Position numbers and translations under genes: made by a program. DNA of 64,000 nucleotides from Octopus vulgaris (taxonomy: Eukaryota). The notes under the pieces are model-generated. The model had not been told where the DNA came from and made no database searches. It saw only the letters and a list, made by a program, of their open reading frames with translations. Below, in pieces: positions 26,359-40,855 of this stretch; positions within the stretch are counted from its first letter, which is position 1, and every line of letters starts with the position of its first letter. The stretch spans positions 63,984,001 through 64,048,000 of the forward strand of contig OX597823.1 in NCBI GenBank assembly GCA_951406725.2, read 5' to 3'.

Positions 26359-27344
26359 CTGTTGGACTCACTTCGATCAGATCAATTGTAGATGAGAGTT
26401 GCTTCTGATAGGACCTGATGGAAGGTATGCTCAAGGACTCTGCCTCCACACTCCTCCTAACACAATCCTCCACACTCCTTCCTCACAATCCTTCTATAAC
26501 TAGAGACCCTTCCTGTCCACATCTTTCACTTGTTTCCAGACCCTATGGTCAGATATGTGTTTCTTATTTCTTTACTGCCTACAAGGGGTTACACACAGAG
26601 GGGACAAACAAGGACAGACAAATGGATTAAGTCGATTATATCGACCCCAGTGCATAACAGGTATTTATTTAATCGACCCCAAAAGGATGAAAGGTAAAGT
26701 CGACCTCAGCGGAATTTGAACTCAGAATGTAGTGGCAGATGAAATACCGCAAAGCATTTCGCCCGGCATGCTAATGTTTCTGCCAGCTCACCGCCTTATA
26801 TGGTCAGACATGTGTTTGAAGGATGATTGGAAATGAACAATATTGATTGTATGATGACATTGCTAATTTCTCAACATCATATGTACACTCAACCTATCCC
26901 AACATATATTTTATTTGCATATGTTAACACTTTAACTGTGGAAAAGACCCGTCCTCCTCAGCCAAAGTGTCAAAGACATATTCTCTGGTGAAGTGGAGTG
27001 GCCTGCAAAAGTCCTGTGCCCATGCCATATAAAAAGCACTTGTACTGATACCATGTAAAAAGCACCTGTGCTGGTGCCATATAATGGCACTTGTGCTTGT
27101 ATCATGTTAGAACCATTCAGCACACACTGTAAAGTGATTGGCTGTAGAAACCAAGTCAAATCAGACTGGAACCTAGTGCAACTTCCCAGCTTGCCAGCTT
27201 TGGTGAAACAGATGTTAAAGGATTCTAATGATGATGCATGTGTGCATGTGTGTGTATGTACATACATGCATGCATACATACATATATACATACATACATA
27301 TGTGTGTGTGTGTGTGCATATGTGTGCATACATATATAATATAT

Positions 27345-27702
27345 ACAGGTGTGGCTGTGCGGTAAGAAGCTTCCTTCCCTACCACATGGTTCGCCGGTTC
27401 AATCCTACTGCATGCTAGCTTATGCGAGTGTTTTTACTATAGCCTTGGGCTGATCAAAGCCTTTTGAGTGGGTATGGTATATGGAAACTGAAAGAAGCTT
27501 TATGTGTGTGTGTGTGTCGGTGTTTGTACCCCATGGGTATGTTTACATCCACGTAGTTTAGCAGTTCAGCAAAAGAAACCAATAGAATAAGTACTAGGCT
27601 TTAGAAAAAAGTCCGGGGTTGATTTATTCAACTAAATCCCTTCAAGGCAGTGCTGAAGCATGACTGTACTTAAATGCCTGAAACAAGTAAAAGATTAAAA
27701 AA
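27345..27702 (+). mobile_element. SINE family A, diverged
   Basis: Head, body and tail motifs present. Confidence 0.8.
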
Positions 27703-27785
27703 ATACATATCTGTCTATCTGTCTGTCTGTCTATCTATCTGTCTGTCTATCTATCTGTCTGTCTATCTGTCTGTCTATCTATCTT

Positions 27786-27904
<119 letters not shown>

Positions 27905-27911
27905 CTATCTA

Positions 27912-27943
<32 letters not shown>

Positions 27944-28055
27944 AATCTGTCTGTCTGTCTGTCTCTGTGTATGTATATATATATATAAGAATTTTTTTGT
28001 GTAATAAGATAAAAAACCAAGGCTGTGTAGATATTAGAGCATTTATAGATAGAAG

Positions 28056-28107
28056 GTCTTAGAGCTGTTTCTAGGATATTAATTTATAACATCCCTTCAT
28101 CGGAGAC
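28056..28107 (-). ncRNA. Minimal hammerhead ribozyme motif, C4 variant
   Basis: GTCT-CCGATGA-A-GGGATGTTA TAAAT TAATATCCT-A-GAAA-CAGCTC-TA-AGAC. Confidence 0.6.
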
Positions 28108-28245
28108 AGTGTGAGAGGATAGTTAAGTAATAGTTTAGATGTGATACAAAATGGAGAGTGAGGTGGAGGAAAAAAAATAGATGCAAGATATGTATGGGTA
28201 TTAAAGTTCTAAATCCATTTTTTAGACATAATGTTATATATGCAA

Positions 28246-28645
28246 CTAGCAGTATCGCCCAGCGTTGCTCGGGTTTGTAAGGGAAATAACTATATAAGCA
28301 GTTTTAGAGATGTAAAGTATAATAGCCATCTCAATATGGCTAACCACAAAGGGGGGGGGGGGGTGTTACTGTAGCTTTTTACGTTCTGAGATTTAATAAT
28401 AAATTTTTAGAGAGTTACTTCCCTTATATATGCCAAAAATGCATTAAAAATTGGAAAAATTGATGGTAAATTTTTTAAAATCGTAGACTCATCGTAGATG
28501 CGTGCTAATACCCAGAAGGGCTCCATATGAATCACAACTATAAGATACCCGGTTTTGGTTAAACTGCACCGCAAAATGTGGGAGTAGTTAGGAATCTAAA
28601 TCATAGGAGACAGACAGCACACAACCTCACTTTTATATATAAAGA
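28246..28645 (-). mobile_element. Non-autonomous Helitron, 400 bp
   Basis: Minus strand 5'-TC start, subterminal hairpin CCCGAGCAACGCTGGG, CTAG-3' end, inserted between A and T with no TSD. Confidence 0.85.
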
Positions 28646-28849
28646 TATTCCAATATCCTATGAGTAAAGTCCAAAAGTCCAACGGAGTTTAAAATTAGTC
28701 CTTCCAAATATAGAGTTTATAAGCAATGTAAGATTCCCTTATGAGTGAGATCCAGCAGATTTTTTAACTTGGTCATTCCCTGATGAGAATTTATATACAG
28801 TGTTGCAGAGTCAGAGGTTTTTATGCTTACATTGCTTATATCTTACACT

Positions 28850-29185
28850 GGGGACTTCCTGGAAAGTTCCGAGGGTTTGGGGACTTTCTGGAAAGTTCCG
28901 AGGATAGGACTTCCTGGAAATTTCTGAGAATTTCATGGAAAGTTCAGAGGAAGGGATTTCCTGGAAATATCCGAGGATTTCATGAAAATATCCGAGGATT
29001 TGGCGACATTCTTGAAAATTCCAAGGATTTCCTAGAAAGTTCCGAGGATTTCTTAGAAAGTTCTGATGATTTCCTGGAACGTTCCCAGGATTTCCTGGGA
29101 AGTTCCGATGGTTTGGTGACTTCCTGAAAAGTTCCGAGGATGGACTTCTTGGAATGTTTGGAGGATTTCCTGGAAAGTTCCGAGT
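28850..29185. repeat. Minisatellite, ~21-bp unit GGATTTCCTGGAAAGTTCCGA
   Basis: About a dozen degenerate units visible. Confidence 0.85.
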
Positions 29186-29510
29186 ATTAGTTGACTTTGT
29201 TGCTAGCGAAATGGTATATACCAGCTGTGTGAGCAACTGGTTGTTTTAAAGGCAGAACAAACTGAGGAATTCCATTAGAAAAGTTTTAATTGATTTTTCT
29301 TGGTAACTATGGGAGCCAAAAAGAAAATACGAACCGCATTCCAATCTATGCACCCGTCTCCACATGTGTGCCATTTTTTAAGCGAATCCACCCAGCCATT
29401 TGGCTGTGAACCTCAAGACAAGAAAGAATACAACGATCGCCCTTCTCCAATTTATATTATAGATATATATATCTATCCTCCACAGACACACACACACATA
29501 CATACATACA

Positions 29511-29552
<42 letters not shown>

Positions 29553-30734
29553 CATAAACACACTCATGGATCGTTGTGTCTCCAGCCACTAAATTCTCTC
29601 AGAAGCTTTTGGGCCAGGACTACAGAAGACACTTGTCTAAAGTCATATTCTGTGGAACTGAACCCAAGCCATGTGGATGTGAAGCAAACTCCATTACCAC
29701 GTATGTACACTGAGATATAGACATACACGCACTGATACACACACATACACACATATATAATTACGTGTGTACACACGTGGACACGCATGTGTGTGTGTCT
29801 GTACATGTGTACATTTGTGCTATACACAAAGCACAGATTAGTCTCCATACATAATAGAATAAGTATACTTTCTGACTTTTCATAAAATAAATATCTTGAA
29901 TAGCACACACACACACACACACACACGCACATACACACATGCACATGTGTGAATGCATGTGCGTGCACATGCATACTCATGTATATATTTATATGTGTAT
30001 GTGAGTTGTTGTCTGTACGAACGTATGTGTAAATAAATCTTTATTTTTTTTGTAGCATTAATTTATTTTCACCAGTGGCAAATTTCATTAAATTACTTTT
30101 TACCAACAATATCTCTTGATATTTCATCATCATCATAATCATCATCATCATCATCATCAACATTGTCTTCACCATTTTGGTTTCCTTATATATTTGATAG
30201 AAGTATAGTGATCTCAGTGTATATAATTGATAAAAATTTATAAAAATTTACAAATATTAACAAAATGTTTTCCTTTTCTTTTTTTCTTAAATTGACAGCT
30301 GTGTCTTTTAAATAGGATTTTTTTTTACATAAATATATATAATTAATATATTGAATTAAACCAATGAAATTAAAGTCTAAGAATTCTTAGAAATTTGTGA
30401 GAAGTTGAAGGAGATTAGGTGAATGGAATAAAAAAAAATAATAATGTGTGATTAAGCAGTGCACTTTGCAGCAACATGGTTTCCAGTTCATTCCCACCAA
30501 ACAGTGTTTGTGTGTGTGTGTGTGCATGCATGTGTGTGTACATGTGTGTGCATGCGTGTGTTTGTATGCATTTGTGCACGTGTGTGTGTTTGTGTGTGTG
30601 CATGTATACGCATGCATGCAGGACAATGTGCAGGATTGGGTGCATCTGTGTCTGTGAATCTTTTTCTCAACAGTATGCAATAATTGATGAACAAACATCA
30701 CCATGCAAACATTATCATTTGATTGAAATCATCA

Positions 30735-31020
30735 TTCATCATTATCATTTAACGTCCACTTTCCATGCTAGCATGGGTTGGACGATTTGACTGAAGAATG
30801 GCGAACCAGATGGCTGCACCAGACTCCAATCTGATCTGGCAGAGTTTCTACAGCTGGATGCCCTTCCTAACGCCAACCACTCCGAGAGTGAAGTGGGTGC
30901 TTTTATGTACCACCGGCACAAGGGCTAGTCAGGTGGTACTGGCAACTGTCACACTCAAATGGTGCTTTTTATGTGCCACCTGCACAGGTCCAGTCCAGCA
31001 GCACTGGCAGTGACCTCATG
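30735..31020 (-). mobile_element. Family B RTE-related retroposon (another copy at ~31425-31730)
   Basis: Reverse complement of 2650-2900. Confidence 0.75.
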
Positions 31021-32299
31021 CCTAAACATTATGTTGCTCATATATGAAGAATTTAGGGTAAATGCTACCTTGTTTGGATAAAAGTGAGCATTAGTGATTG
31101 AAAGAGCATTGGGATGTTGAAAATATGCCCCAGAAAATTTTGGCTGATAAGAATGAGTGGCAACAGAAACAGTATTAATATCAAAAAGCAATCTTTATGT
31201 CCAACTTAATGTGGATATTTTAGTAGAATACTGAATACTATGTTGACATTCATAGCAGACAATTCTTGCTTGCCAATAATATAAATGAGTGTTTTTATGC
31301 ACCATGTGTCCATATGAGAGGTCCTCTCAAAGTAAATAGTGCAGTATTTGGTGTTCTAAGAAAACATCAACATTAAGTTGGATATCAAAATTACCTTTTG
31401 GTGTTAATACTGCTATTATCACTATCATCATCATCATCGTTGTTGTTTAACATTCGCTTTGCCCACTAGCATGGGTTGGACGATTTGACTGAGGGCTGGC
31501 GAACCAGATGGCTGTACCAGGCTCCAATCTTGATCTGGCAGAGTTTCTTCCTAGTGCCAACCACTCCGAGAGTGTAGTAAGTGCTTTTATGTGCCACCGA
31601 CACAGGAGCCAGTCAGGTGGTACTGGCAACGACCTCGCTTGAATGTTTTTACATGTGCCAGGAAACTGACGCTCATAATGATCATGCTCGAATGGTGCCT
31701 TTTACGTGCCACCAGCACGGAAGCCAGTTAGCCAACCTGCTGGCTAATTTGAAATATTGGTGCCTGTAAAGATAATGGAATTCTAAACATGATTGAATGT
31801 GAGATTCGGCTTTTATGCCACTACTGAATGTATGCCACTGAAGAGACTGAGCATGTCAAAATCCCGTGATCTAGTAGTCCTGGCACCTGTAGCAAACAGT
31901 TCTTATTTGCCAAAGATATAAATATCAGTGCTTTTATGTGCCATGCATTCATATAAAAGATCCTTTCAAGTAAGTAATAGCACAGTAAATAATAAGGTAA
32001 ATAACACAAGTGGCTTAGTGGTTAGGGTGTTGCACTCTAGCAACTGTGAATTCAGTTCTTAGACTGAGTGGTGTGCTCTGTTCTTGAGCAAAACATTTCA
32101 TATCACGCTGCTCTACAATCACTTTAACACCTGGCACATGGCAAACTGTGCACCTATTCAGACAACAACAATTTTATGGAGAGAATGAGCAGGAACATTT
32201 GATCTCTATAAACAAATCATTTGTGCAGGTCAATTAATGAATGAGCTGAATGCTCATTCGTTGTCTTTGATAGGAAAGTCCATTGTTTATATACATATA

Positions 32300-32522
32300 C
32301 TCTTTTACTCTTTTACTTGTTTCAGTCATGTGACTGTGGCCATGCTGGAGCACCTCCTTTAGTCGAGCAAATCGACCCCAGGACTTATTCTTTGTAAGCC
32401 TAGTACTTATTCTATCGGTCTCTTTTGCAGAACTGCTAATTTATGGTGACATAAACACACCAGCATCAGTTGTCAAGCAATGTTGGGGGAATAAACACAG
32501 ACACACAAATGTATACACATAC

Positions 32523-32575
<53 letters not shown>

Positions 32576-32902
32576 TATAACGGGTTTCTTTCAGTTTCCG
32601 TCTACCAAATCCACTCACAAGGCTTTGGTCGGCCTGAGGCTATAGTAGAAGACACTTGCCCAAGGTGCCACACAGTAGAACTGAACCTGGAACGATGTGG
32701 TTCGTAAGCAAGCTACTTACCACACACACACATATAAATGATTGGCTTCTTTCAGTTTCCATCTACCAAATCCACTCACAAGGTTTTGGTTAACCTGGAA
32801 CTAAAGTAAAAGACACTTACCCAAGGTGCCACATGGTGGGACTGAATCCAGAACCATGTAGTTACGAAGCAACCTTCTTACCATGAAACACAGCCATGCC
32901 TG
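32300..32902 (-). mobile_element. SINE family A plus adjacent second head
   Basis: Full body at 32300-32722, repeated head at 32740-32902. Confidence 0.8.
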
Positions 32903-33951
32903 ATTGGTTAATTAATTCTGTGGCTTTAATGAAGGTAGCAATTACAATGAGTCATTTTCATATATCTCACACTAAATTATATACGATTGAATGGTTTGAT
33001 AAATAATTTTCAAAAAGTTATGTAAAGTTGTGGCAAATTCAATGACTGAACGAGATACAACATCATAATAGTTTTAAAGGTGATGAGATCAAGATTTATT
33101 TGAAATCTTATTCCATTTCTGGATGGGTGAACGTGTGCTGGTGATAATGTGTATTATGACATGTTCATATATATTTAATATATCAAATTACTTCTGACTT
33201 AAATGATTTAATAAAGAATTCTTGGAAATGTGTGAAAACTGGAAATAGATTTACTGTAAGGAGACAATATGTGAACTCTGATTGAAATGACTGTTTTCAT
33301 ATTTACGGGTATAGTCTTTTCTCATTGTTGCTGATGTTGTTGTTATTCTTGTTGTTGTTGTTGTTTAGCCACTGGTCAGTCGTGATCCAGAAAACCTATG
33401 ATGAAAGGTATTCTAGTTGTGGCTATCATAATATTTTTTTTTCTACTGGCATTGTGTGTATAGGATTATTTCGAGTAATCTCTCTTTTAAGACGCAAAGT
33501 GTGGTGTGAGAGAGATTTTGACTAGAGGCTGTCTTGTTAGTGCTTTTATGTGTCTGGTTCGGTAATTCATTTCTATATCAATGGTGATGAGGACTCTGCT
33601 GCCAAATGTTGACACTGAAGCTGATGACAGTTCTGATGATTGGGAAAATTCATTATACTATTATGGTTATATATCTGTTTCACAGTTAAGTGGTTAGTTG
33701 AGATATGCAGAGACTAAGAGAGAGAGAGAAGAGCGTTAAGCAAGCAGAAGAAATGGGGTAGCAGAGAGATATAGGAGAAAGGAAACATTATTGTGTTATA
33801 CAATTTGAATGGTTAGCAAAAGGGAAGGGCAACGAGAGAGAGAGAGAGGGAGAGAGAGAGAGTAATACTACTATGTGGTAGTGGTGAGAAGTAAGACAAA
33901 ATATATGTTATTTAGAGACATAATTATGCACACACACACGCATTTGATATA

Positions 33952-33997
<46 letters not shown>

Positions 33998-34208
33998 GAA
34001 ACTGTAGTAAGTTTAACAATGGTGATAGTGTCAAATAAAGTGTTGTTACTCAATAAAGGTGACAGTTGTAGTTATGAGTTGGGGACTGGGAAGTGCAGTT
34101 TTATTTTATCAAATTAATGCTTGTGATTTAGTGAAATTTATTGTCCTCTGCTAAGCTTAGCTGTTCATTTCTGTATATAGAATGAAATCAAAAACAGAGA
34201 CTCACATA

Positions 34209-35548
34209 TTAGGGTGTTCAGAAAGTAATTGTGTTTTGCCAGAGAGGATATAAAAACAAATGTAAACTATATTTATCTAAATAGTTTTAATCAAGAATAT
34301 AATCACCATATTTTTCAATGATTGTGTCCCAATAGGAAAGTAATTTTTTATGCCACACTCAAAGAAACCTATTTATTTTCCTAAAAAAATAAAGGTCTGA
34401 AGGACTGTTTTTCAACTTCCTCTCCATTTCTGGATGTTTTGCCTCTTATAAAATGTTCTAGTGATCAGAACTGACGGAAATCCATAGGTAAAATCCATAG
34501 GTACTAAGTCAGGTGTTGGTGTTAGGAAGGGCATCCAACTGTAGAAAACCATGCCAAATCAGACTGGAGTCTGGTGCAGCCTTCCAGATTACTAGCCCTG
34601 GTCAAACCATCCAACCCATGCCGATCTTAATTTTTACTTGGGTTTGTTTTGAAGAGTTTGGCTGTGCATTGTCATGCTGGAGAATAACACCTTTTCTGTT
34701 TACCAAATCTGGCCACTGTCGAAATAATTTTTCATTTACATGATCAAGTTGTTGGCAATAGACATCTGCGTTGATGGTCCTTCCATGTCCCAGTAGCTTG
34801 TAATGGATGATACCTTTCATGTTCCATCAAACACAAAGCAAGGATTTTGTGGATAGAGTTCTGGGTTTGGTATTGGCACTGGCCTCTCATATGTGAAAAC
34901 CATTGATTTTTTTTCATTTTCTGTTCTGATGCAAAACCCGTTTTACATCACCTGTAACAATGCACTGCAGAAATTACAGGTTGTTATTCCTGGTTGGAAG
35001 ACTGCTGCAGATAGTGGAAAGTTGTGTTTGGTTCTCAGGTGTAAGCTCATGTGAAACTCAAATTCCCTCTTTGCATGTTTTCCCAATTTGCTTGAGATGT
35101 TCGTGGATAGTTGAACATGATATATTAATTTTTATGCCAAATTGCTAGTGTTTTGACACGGATTGTCTCATTCAAAAGGTCCTCATTCAGAGTGGGTCTT
35201 CTTCCAGAGCAAGATTTGTCAGATATCTTTAAACCTTTTAAACTGCAGCTGACATGTAAGAGATTTCTCTGCACCCAGAGACACTTCACAGATGTTTTCC
35301 ATTGCTTCTGGAGCAGTACTTTTCTTTCAAAACTCATACAACAAGCAATGGCAAATTTGTTGTTTCATAAAATTTTTATCTTCCATGAGTTTAATTACCA
35401 AAATAACTATGAATGACACACTACCAGATAGAAGAGATGATATACTATTTCTAGACAGCTCCCACCCATTCACCCATGGTTCTGACATGATTGGCTGAGT
35501 TATATTTCATAGTGGTGAAAAAGTGCAGTAACTTTCCAAACACCCTAA
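34209..35548 (-). mobile_element. Full-length decayed mariner transposon
   Basis: TIRs TTAGGGTGTTCAGAAAGT / ACTTTCCAAACACCCTAA, TA flanks; GIIHYKLL, NRKGVILQHDNA, SGRRP, IVTGDVK; frameshifted. Confidence 0.92.
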
Positions 35549-35873
35549 TAATTCATAATGCAATTCACTGATAAACTAAGGATTAAAATTGAAGAGATAT
35601 GCTATTGGTACAACATTTATTCTGTTTGTATTATTTGTACCGACAGATAGTAAATATTTTAAATATATATTCTTTTACACATTTAGCCTCTAATTGGTTT
35701 TGTATTGTGGCCATGTTGAAGCACTGCCTTAAAGGGTTTCATCAAGGGTATTGACTCCTGTACTTATTTAAAAATAAACTTTTGGTACTTATTTTATCAA
35801 TGTGTATTTGTCACACTATTATGTTATAGTACATTAGTTTAAAGCAGCATAAACACACACATGCATGCACATG

Positions 35874-35907
<34 letters not shown>

Positions 35908-36149
35908 CACTCACTCACACATACACGTACATACACATACATACACTCATACTAGTAGAATATTTGGCATTGCTCAGGATAAACAGTATCTATAGATTAC
36001 AGAGAGTTGTTCTTAATGAGGTGTGTCCAGTTTAATAAAGCGTTATTTGATTTTTTGTGAAAAGTTACTCTCTGTGTAAGAAACCTAATTGTTTTTCACT
36101 ACATATATAGTAGTCTAGTGTGTAAAGAGTTCACAGTCTTACAACTATA

Positions 36150-36485
36150 TCATCATCATTATCATCGTTTAACTTCTGTTGTCCATGCTGGCATGGGTTG
36201 GATGGTTTGACCAGGGCTAGTAATTTGGAAGGCTGCACCAGATTCCAGTCTGATTTGGCATGGTTTTCTACAGTTGGATGCCCTTCCTAACACCAACAAC
36301 TCTGGGAGTGTAATGGGTGCTTTTATGTGCCACCAACATGGGTGCCATTTGTGCAACACAAGTATCTGCCAAGACCGTGACTTTGCTCAGCTTGATGGTT
36401 CTTCTTCTCAAGCACGACATAATGCCAAAGGTCTCAGTCATTGCTTCCATGAGGCCAAACACTCAAAAGGAACTCAGCCACTTCA
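36150..36485 (-). mobile_element. Family B RTE-related retroposon
   Basis: Same motifs as 30735-31020. Confidence 0.75.
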
Positions 36486-36550
36486 ACTAAGCTACTGTTT
36501 TATTGCAGATAGATGACAACTGTACTTTATATCATTACTAAATAATATCT

Positions 36551-36855
36551 GTGGAGGTGCAATGACCCAGTGGTTAGGGCAGCGGATCATAGTTTCAATT
36601 CCCAGACTGGGCATTGTGTGTGTTTATTGAGTGAAAACACCTAAAGCTCCATGAGGTTCCGGCAGGGGGTGGTGGCGACCCCTGTTGTACTCTTTCACCC
36701 CAACTTTCTCTCACTCTTTCTTCCTGTTTCTTGGGTAATGCTGCAATGGACTGGCATCCCATCCAGCTGGAGGGAACACATATGCCATAGAAACTGGGAA
36801 ACCGGGCCCATGAGCCTGGCTAGGTTTGAAAAAGGGCGCATAAATAATAAGAAAA
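36551..36855 (+). mobile_element. SINE family C with ~13-bp TSD
   Basis: ACTAAATAATATC on both flanks; GTGGAGGTGCAATG head. Confidence 0.8.
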
Positions 36856-37124
36856 ACTAAATAATATCAGTTTCAGATTTTGGTACAAGATTTTGGTACA
36901 AGTGCTTAGCTGGTACTTATTTTATCAACAGTGAAAGAATAAAATGCAATGTCAACTGTAGTAGAATTTGAACTCAGGACATAAAACCGGAAGAAAAGAT
37001 GTGATGCATTTTGTCCAGCCTACTAACATATTCTGCCAGCTCAGTGCCTTATTACTAAATAATACCAAAGAATATTTAGCATCAGATATGCATTTCTATA
37101 TATTTAATTTGCGATTCATTCACA

Positions 37125-37286
37125 GACACAAGAGTGGCTGTGTGGTAAGTAGTTTGCTTACCAACCACATGGTTCCGGGTTCAGTTCCACTGCATGGAAT
37201 TTTGGGCAAGTGTGTTCTGCTATAGCCATGGGCTGACCAAAGCCTTGTGAGTGGTTCTGGTAGACCGAAACTGAAAGAAGCCCATC

Positions 37287-37322
<36 letters not shown>

Positions 37323-37711
37323 CATTACAATTTTCAGTATGTGGTCAAGCAACTTGTTGCAAGACCCTTATTGTTATAATTATATATATACATGTGTGTG
37401 TGTGTTTGTCACTTGACAACCGATGTTGATGTGTTTATATACCTGTAACTTAGCAGTTCAGCAAAAGACACCGATAGAATAAGTACTAGGCTTATAAAGA
37501 AATAAGTCCTGGGGTTGATTTCTTCGACTAAAACCGGTGCTCTAGCTTGGCCTCAGTCAAATGACTGAAACAAATAAAAGGAAAAATGAAAGCCATTTTG
37601 GTGCAGCAGAACAATGTTTCATTTCTACTGAAGTGTATTAAAAATGCAGAACCTATGCAATATTGTTTCCTATTTCCTATTCTCAGCAAAAAAACCAAAA
37701 AACAAAAGAGA

Positions 37712-37763
<52 letters not shown>

Positions 37764-38615
37764 TAACTTTTGTCTCTGGTTAATAATATATTCTTGTCTT
37801 ATCATTCATAATATTCGACTGTATATTCTACTGTAGCTTTTTAATTCTTCATGCTTTAAATAGGCAGACACATATCTGGTTATTATTTATTTATAATGTG
37901 GGTAATCTCAAGACTATAATTTATAAAGAATCCAATTTTCATATGGCAGCAAACAAATATATTTTTCTGTATATTGAATTAGTATTTCATTTACTATCAT
38001 CTCACTAAGTCAAGACTGAGGCTTTCGTTTTTCCCTGTCTCCGGATCATGTTGAAAAATATGAAATAAATGGCAACAGAATAAAAGACAATAGCCATCAA
38101 CTGATATAATTTTTTCTTCTCACTGCATATTTTATTTTGAGTTAACTTTTTTAGTGCTTTACTCTTTAAATTGCAGACACCCACCACACAATACTTGATT
38201 ATAGGTGCAGGAATGGCTGTGTGATAAGTAGCTTGCTTACCAGCCACATGGTTCCAGGTTCATTCCCACTGCGCGGCACCTTGGGCAAGTGTCTTTTACT
38301 GTAGCCTCGGGGCGACCAAAGCCTTGTGAGTGGATTTGGTAAACAGAAACTGAAAGAAGCCCGTCGTATATATATATATATATATGTGTGTGTGTAAGTG
38401 TGTATATGTTTGTGTGTCTGTGTTTGTCCCCCCAACATCGCTTGACAACTGATGCTGGTGTGTTTATGTCACCGTAACTTACCGGTTCGGCAAAAGAGAC
38501 TGATAGAATAAGTACTAGAGGCTTCCAAAGAATAAGTCCTGGGGTCGATTTGCTTGACTAAAGGTGGTGCTCCAGCATGGCCACAGTCAAATGACTGAAA
38601 CAAGTAATAGAGATT
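37125..38615 (+). mobile_element. Two SINE family A copies (37125-37585 and 38200-38615)
   Basis: Align with 291-718. Confidence 0.85.
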
Positions 38616-38964
38616 AAAGTAATCTAAATTACAACCAATTCACCACTAACCTGCCTCCAAATCCATGGTCTAATTTCTTTTATGTACAAATACAACACAT
38701 GGCAGAAGCCACCTCTCTCAACTGCATGCTCCCTCAATCCTGGGGTCATGTCTTGTGAGCTCATTAATGCTGGTAACATGAAAAAGCAAGCACCCAATAT
38801 TACTCTGTAGAGTGGTTGCCATTAAGAAGGACAACCAAAAACAATAAAAACATTAAAACAAAACCAATAAAAACAAAGCCAATAAAATGGCTAAACCTAA
38901 TGCTTTTGTAATGTTTAATCTTTATAGGAATTGCTGTGATGTTTGAGTTTGCTGATCTATTCAG

Positions 38965-39378
38965 ACAGGAGTGGCTGTGTGGTAAGTAGCTTGCTAACCA
39001 ACCACATGGTTCGGGGTTCAGTCCCACTGCATGGCATCTTGGGCAAGTGTCTTCTGCTATAGCCCCGGGCCGATCAATGCCTTGTGAGTGGATTTGGTAG
39101 ACGGAAACTGAAAGAAGCCTGTCGTATATATGTATATATATATATGTGTATGTGTGTGTGTTTGTGTGTGTGTGTTTGTCCCCCTAGCATTGCTTGACAA
39201 CCGATGCTGGTGTGTTTACGTCCCCGTCACTTAGTGGTTCGGCAAAAAGAGACCGATAGAATAAGTACTGGGCTTACAAAGAATAAGTCCCGGGGTCGAT
39301 TTGCTCGACTAAAGGCGGTGCTCCAGCATGGCCGCAGTCAAATGACTGAAACAAGTAAAAGAGAGAGAGTAAAAGAGT
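38965..39378 (+). mobile_element. SINE family A, young copy
   Basis: Nearly identical to 291-718 outside the microsatellite. Confidence 0.9.
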
Positions 39379-40855
39379 ATGTTAAATGTTCCTCAAAATG
39401 TGTATTCCTGTTCTTCATAATCTTCGTTAGGAAAAAAATTCTTGAAGATGAAGTTTTCTGCAAAATTTCTCAGTATGTTTGATAAGATCTGGTGTGCTGG
39501 GTACCAATTTGACTAAACAAAAACGAGACAAAACAAAACAAAAATAAAATGAAGCTAACCAACCAAACAAATAGCTATAGATAATACTGTAAATGAAATT
39601 AACAGATTTTTCTTCTAAGAATCTTATTATTAGCATTGCAAAAGTGGGAGTGACTGTTTTGCCTGTCACCCTACCATTTATTTCAAGGTAATTCTCATTA
39701 TCAAATAAAAAGTAGTTTTCAAGCATCATTTGTAATCATTTGTAATAATGAAATGTTTTGAGAATTTTTCCTGAATTAGATGTGGGTATTTGCCTATTCG
39801 AGCTTTCATTGCCTCCAGTCTTAATCCATAAAGGATATTTATACAGAGGCTAGTTACAGCAGAGTTAACTAAAATCGTCTGTTTTTTTTTTACTTTTTAT
39901 GAAATATGATTTGAAAGTCTATTTATGAATTTCTGAAGATTTTTGAGGTTTTGATAGTTGCTTGTTTTTACATCAAGATTTTTAGTTAGATAATTCAAGT
40001 ACTTTTCTGTTAAATTTCTTCTTAATTTGTTCATTATTTTTTCAATTTTTCTCACTGTTTGTTTCCCTGTGTAGGTTTCCATTTTTTTTTTTTTGAAAAA
40101 ATCAAAATCATCGTCTAGACACAGGCATGACTGTGCAGTAAGAAGCTTGCTTCCCAATCACATGGTTCTGGGTTCAGTCCCAACGTTTCTGCTATAGGTT
40201 CAGGCCAACCAAAGCCTTGTGAGTGGATTTGGTAGATGGAAATTGAAAGAAGCCCGTTGTATATATGTATATATCTATGTGGGTGCTTGTTTGTATTTGT
40301 TCCCCACCACTACTTGACAATTCATGCTGGTGTGTTTACATCCCCATAACTTAGCCAGTTTGGTTAAAGAGAACTATAGAATATGTACTAGGATTCAAAA
40401 AAGTCCTTTTGTTGATTTGTTTGACTAAAACCATTCAAGACAGTGCCCCAGCATGGCCACAGTCAAATGACTGAAACAAGTGAAAGATAAAAGATTTAAC
40501 TGATATAAGGTCATTTTCCTGTAATGGATCTAGTTCGTTATTACAATAGCTCTTCCTTTGTCAGTTTCTTTAATGACTTATAAAGGAATCTTTCTGTAGA
40601 CATTCCAATGTTTTTTGCTTTGCTTTTGTAATGTTTAATCTTTATAGGAATTGCTGTAATGTTTGAGTTTCCTGATCTATTCAAACATGTTAAATGTTCC
40701 TCTAAATGTGTATTCCTGTTCTTCATAATTTTCATTTAGAAAAATTCTTGAAGATGAAGTTTTCTGCAAAATTTCTCAGTATATTTGATAAGAAACGGTG
40801 TGATGGGTATCAATTTAAGTTCGTACTGTCAAAACTTATTCCATTTATCATAAGA

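Noticed and set aside
28850-29185. Possible CRISPR-like array
   Set aside because: Units are contiguous and degenerate with no unique spacers; eukaryotic context with no cas genes.
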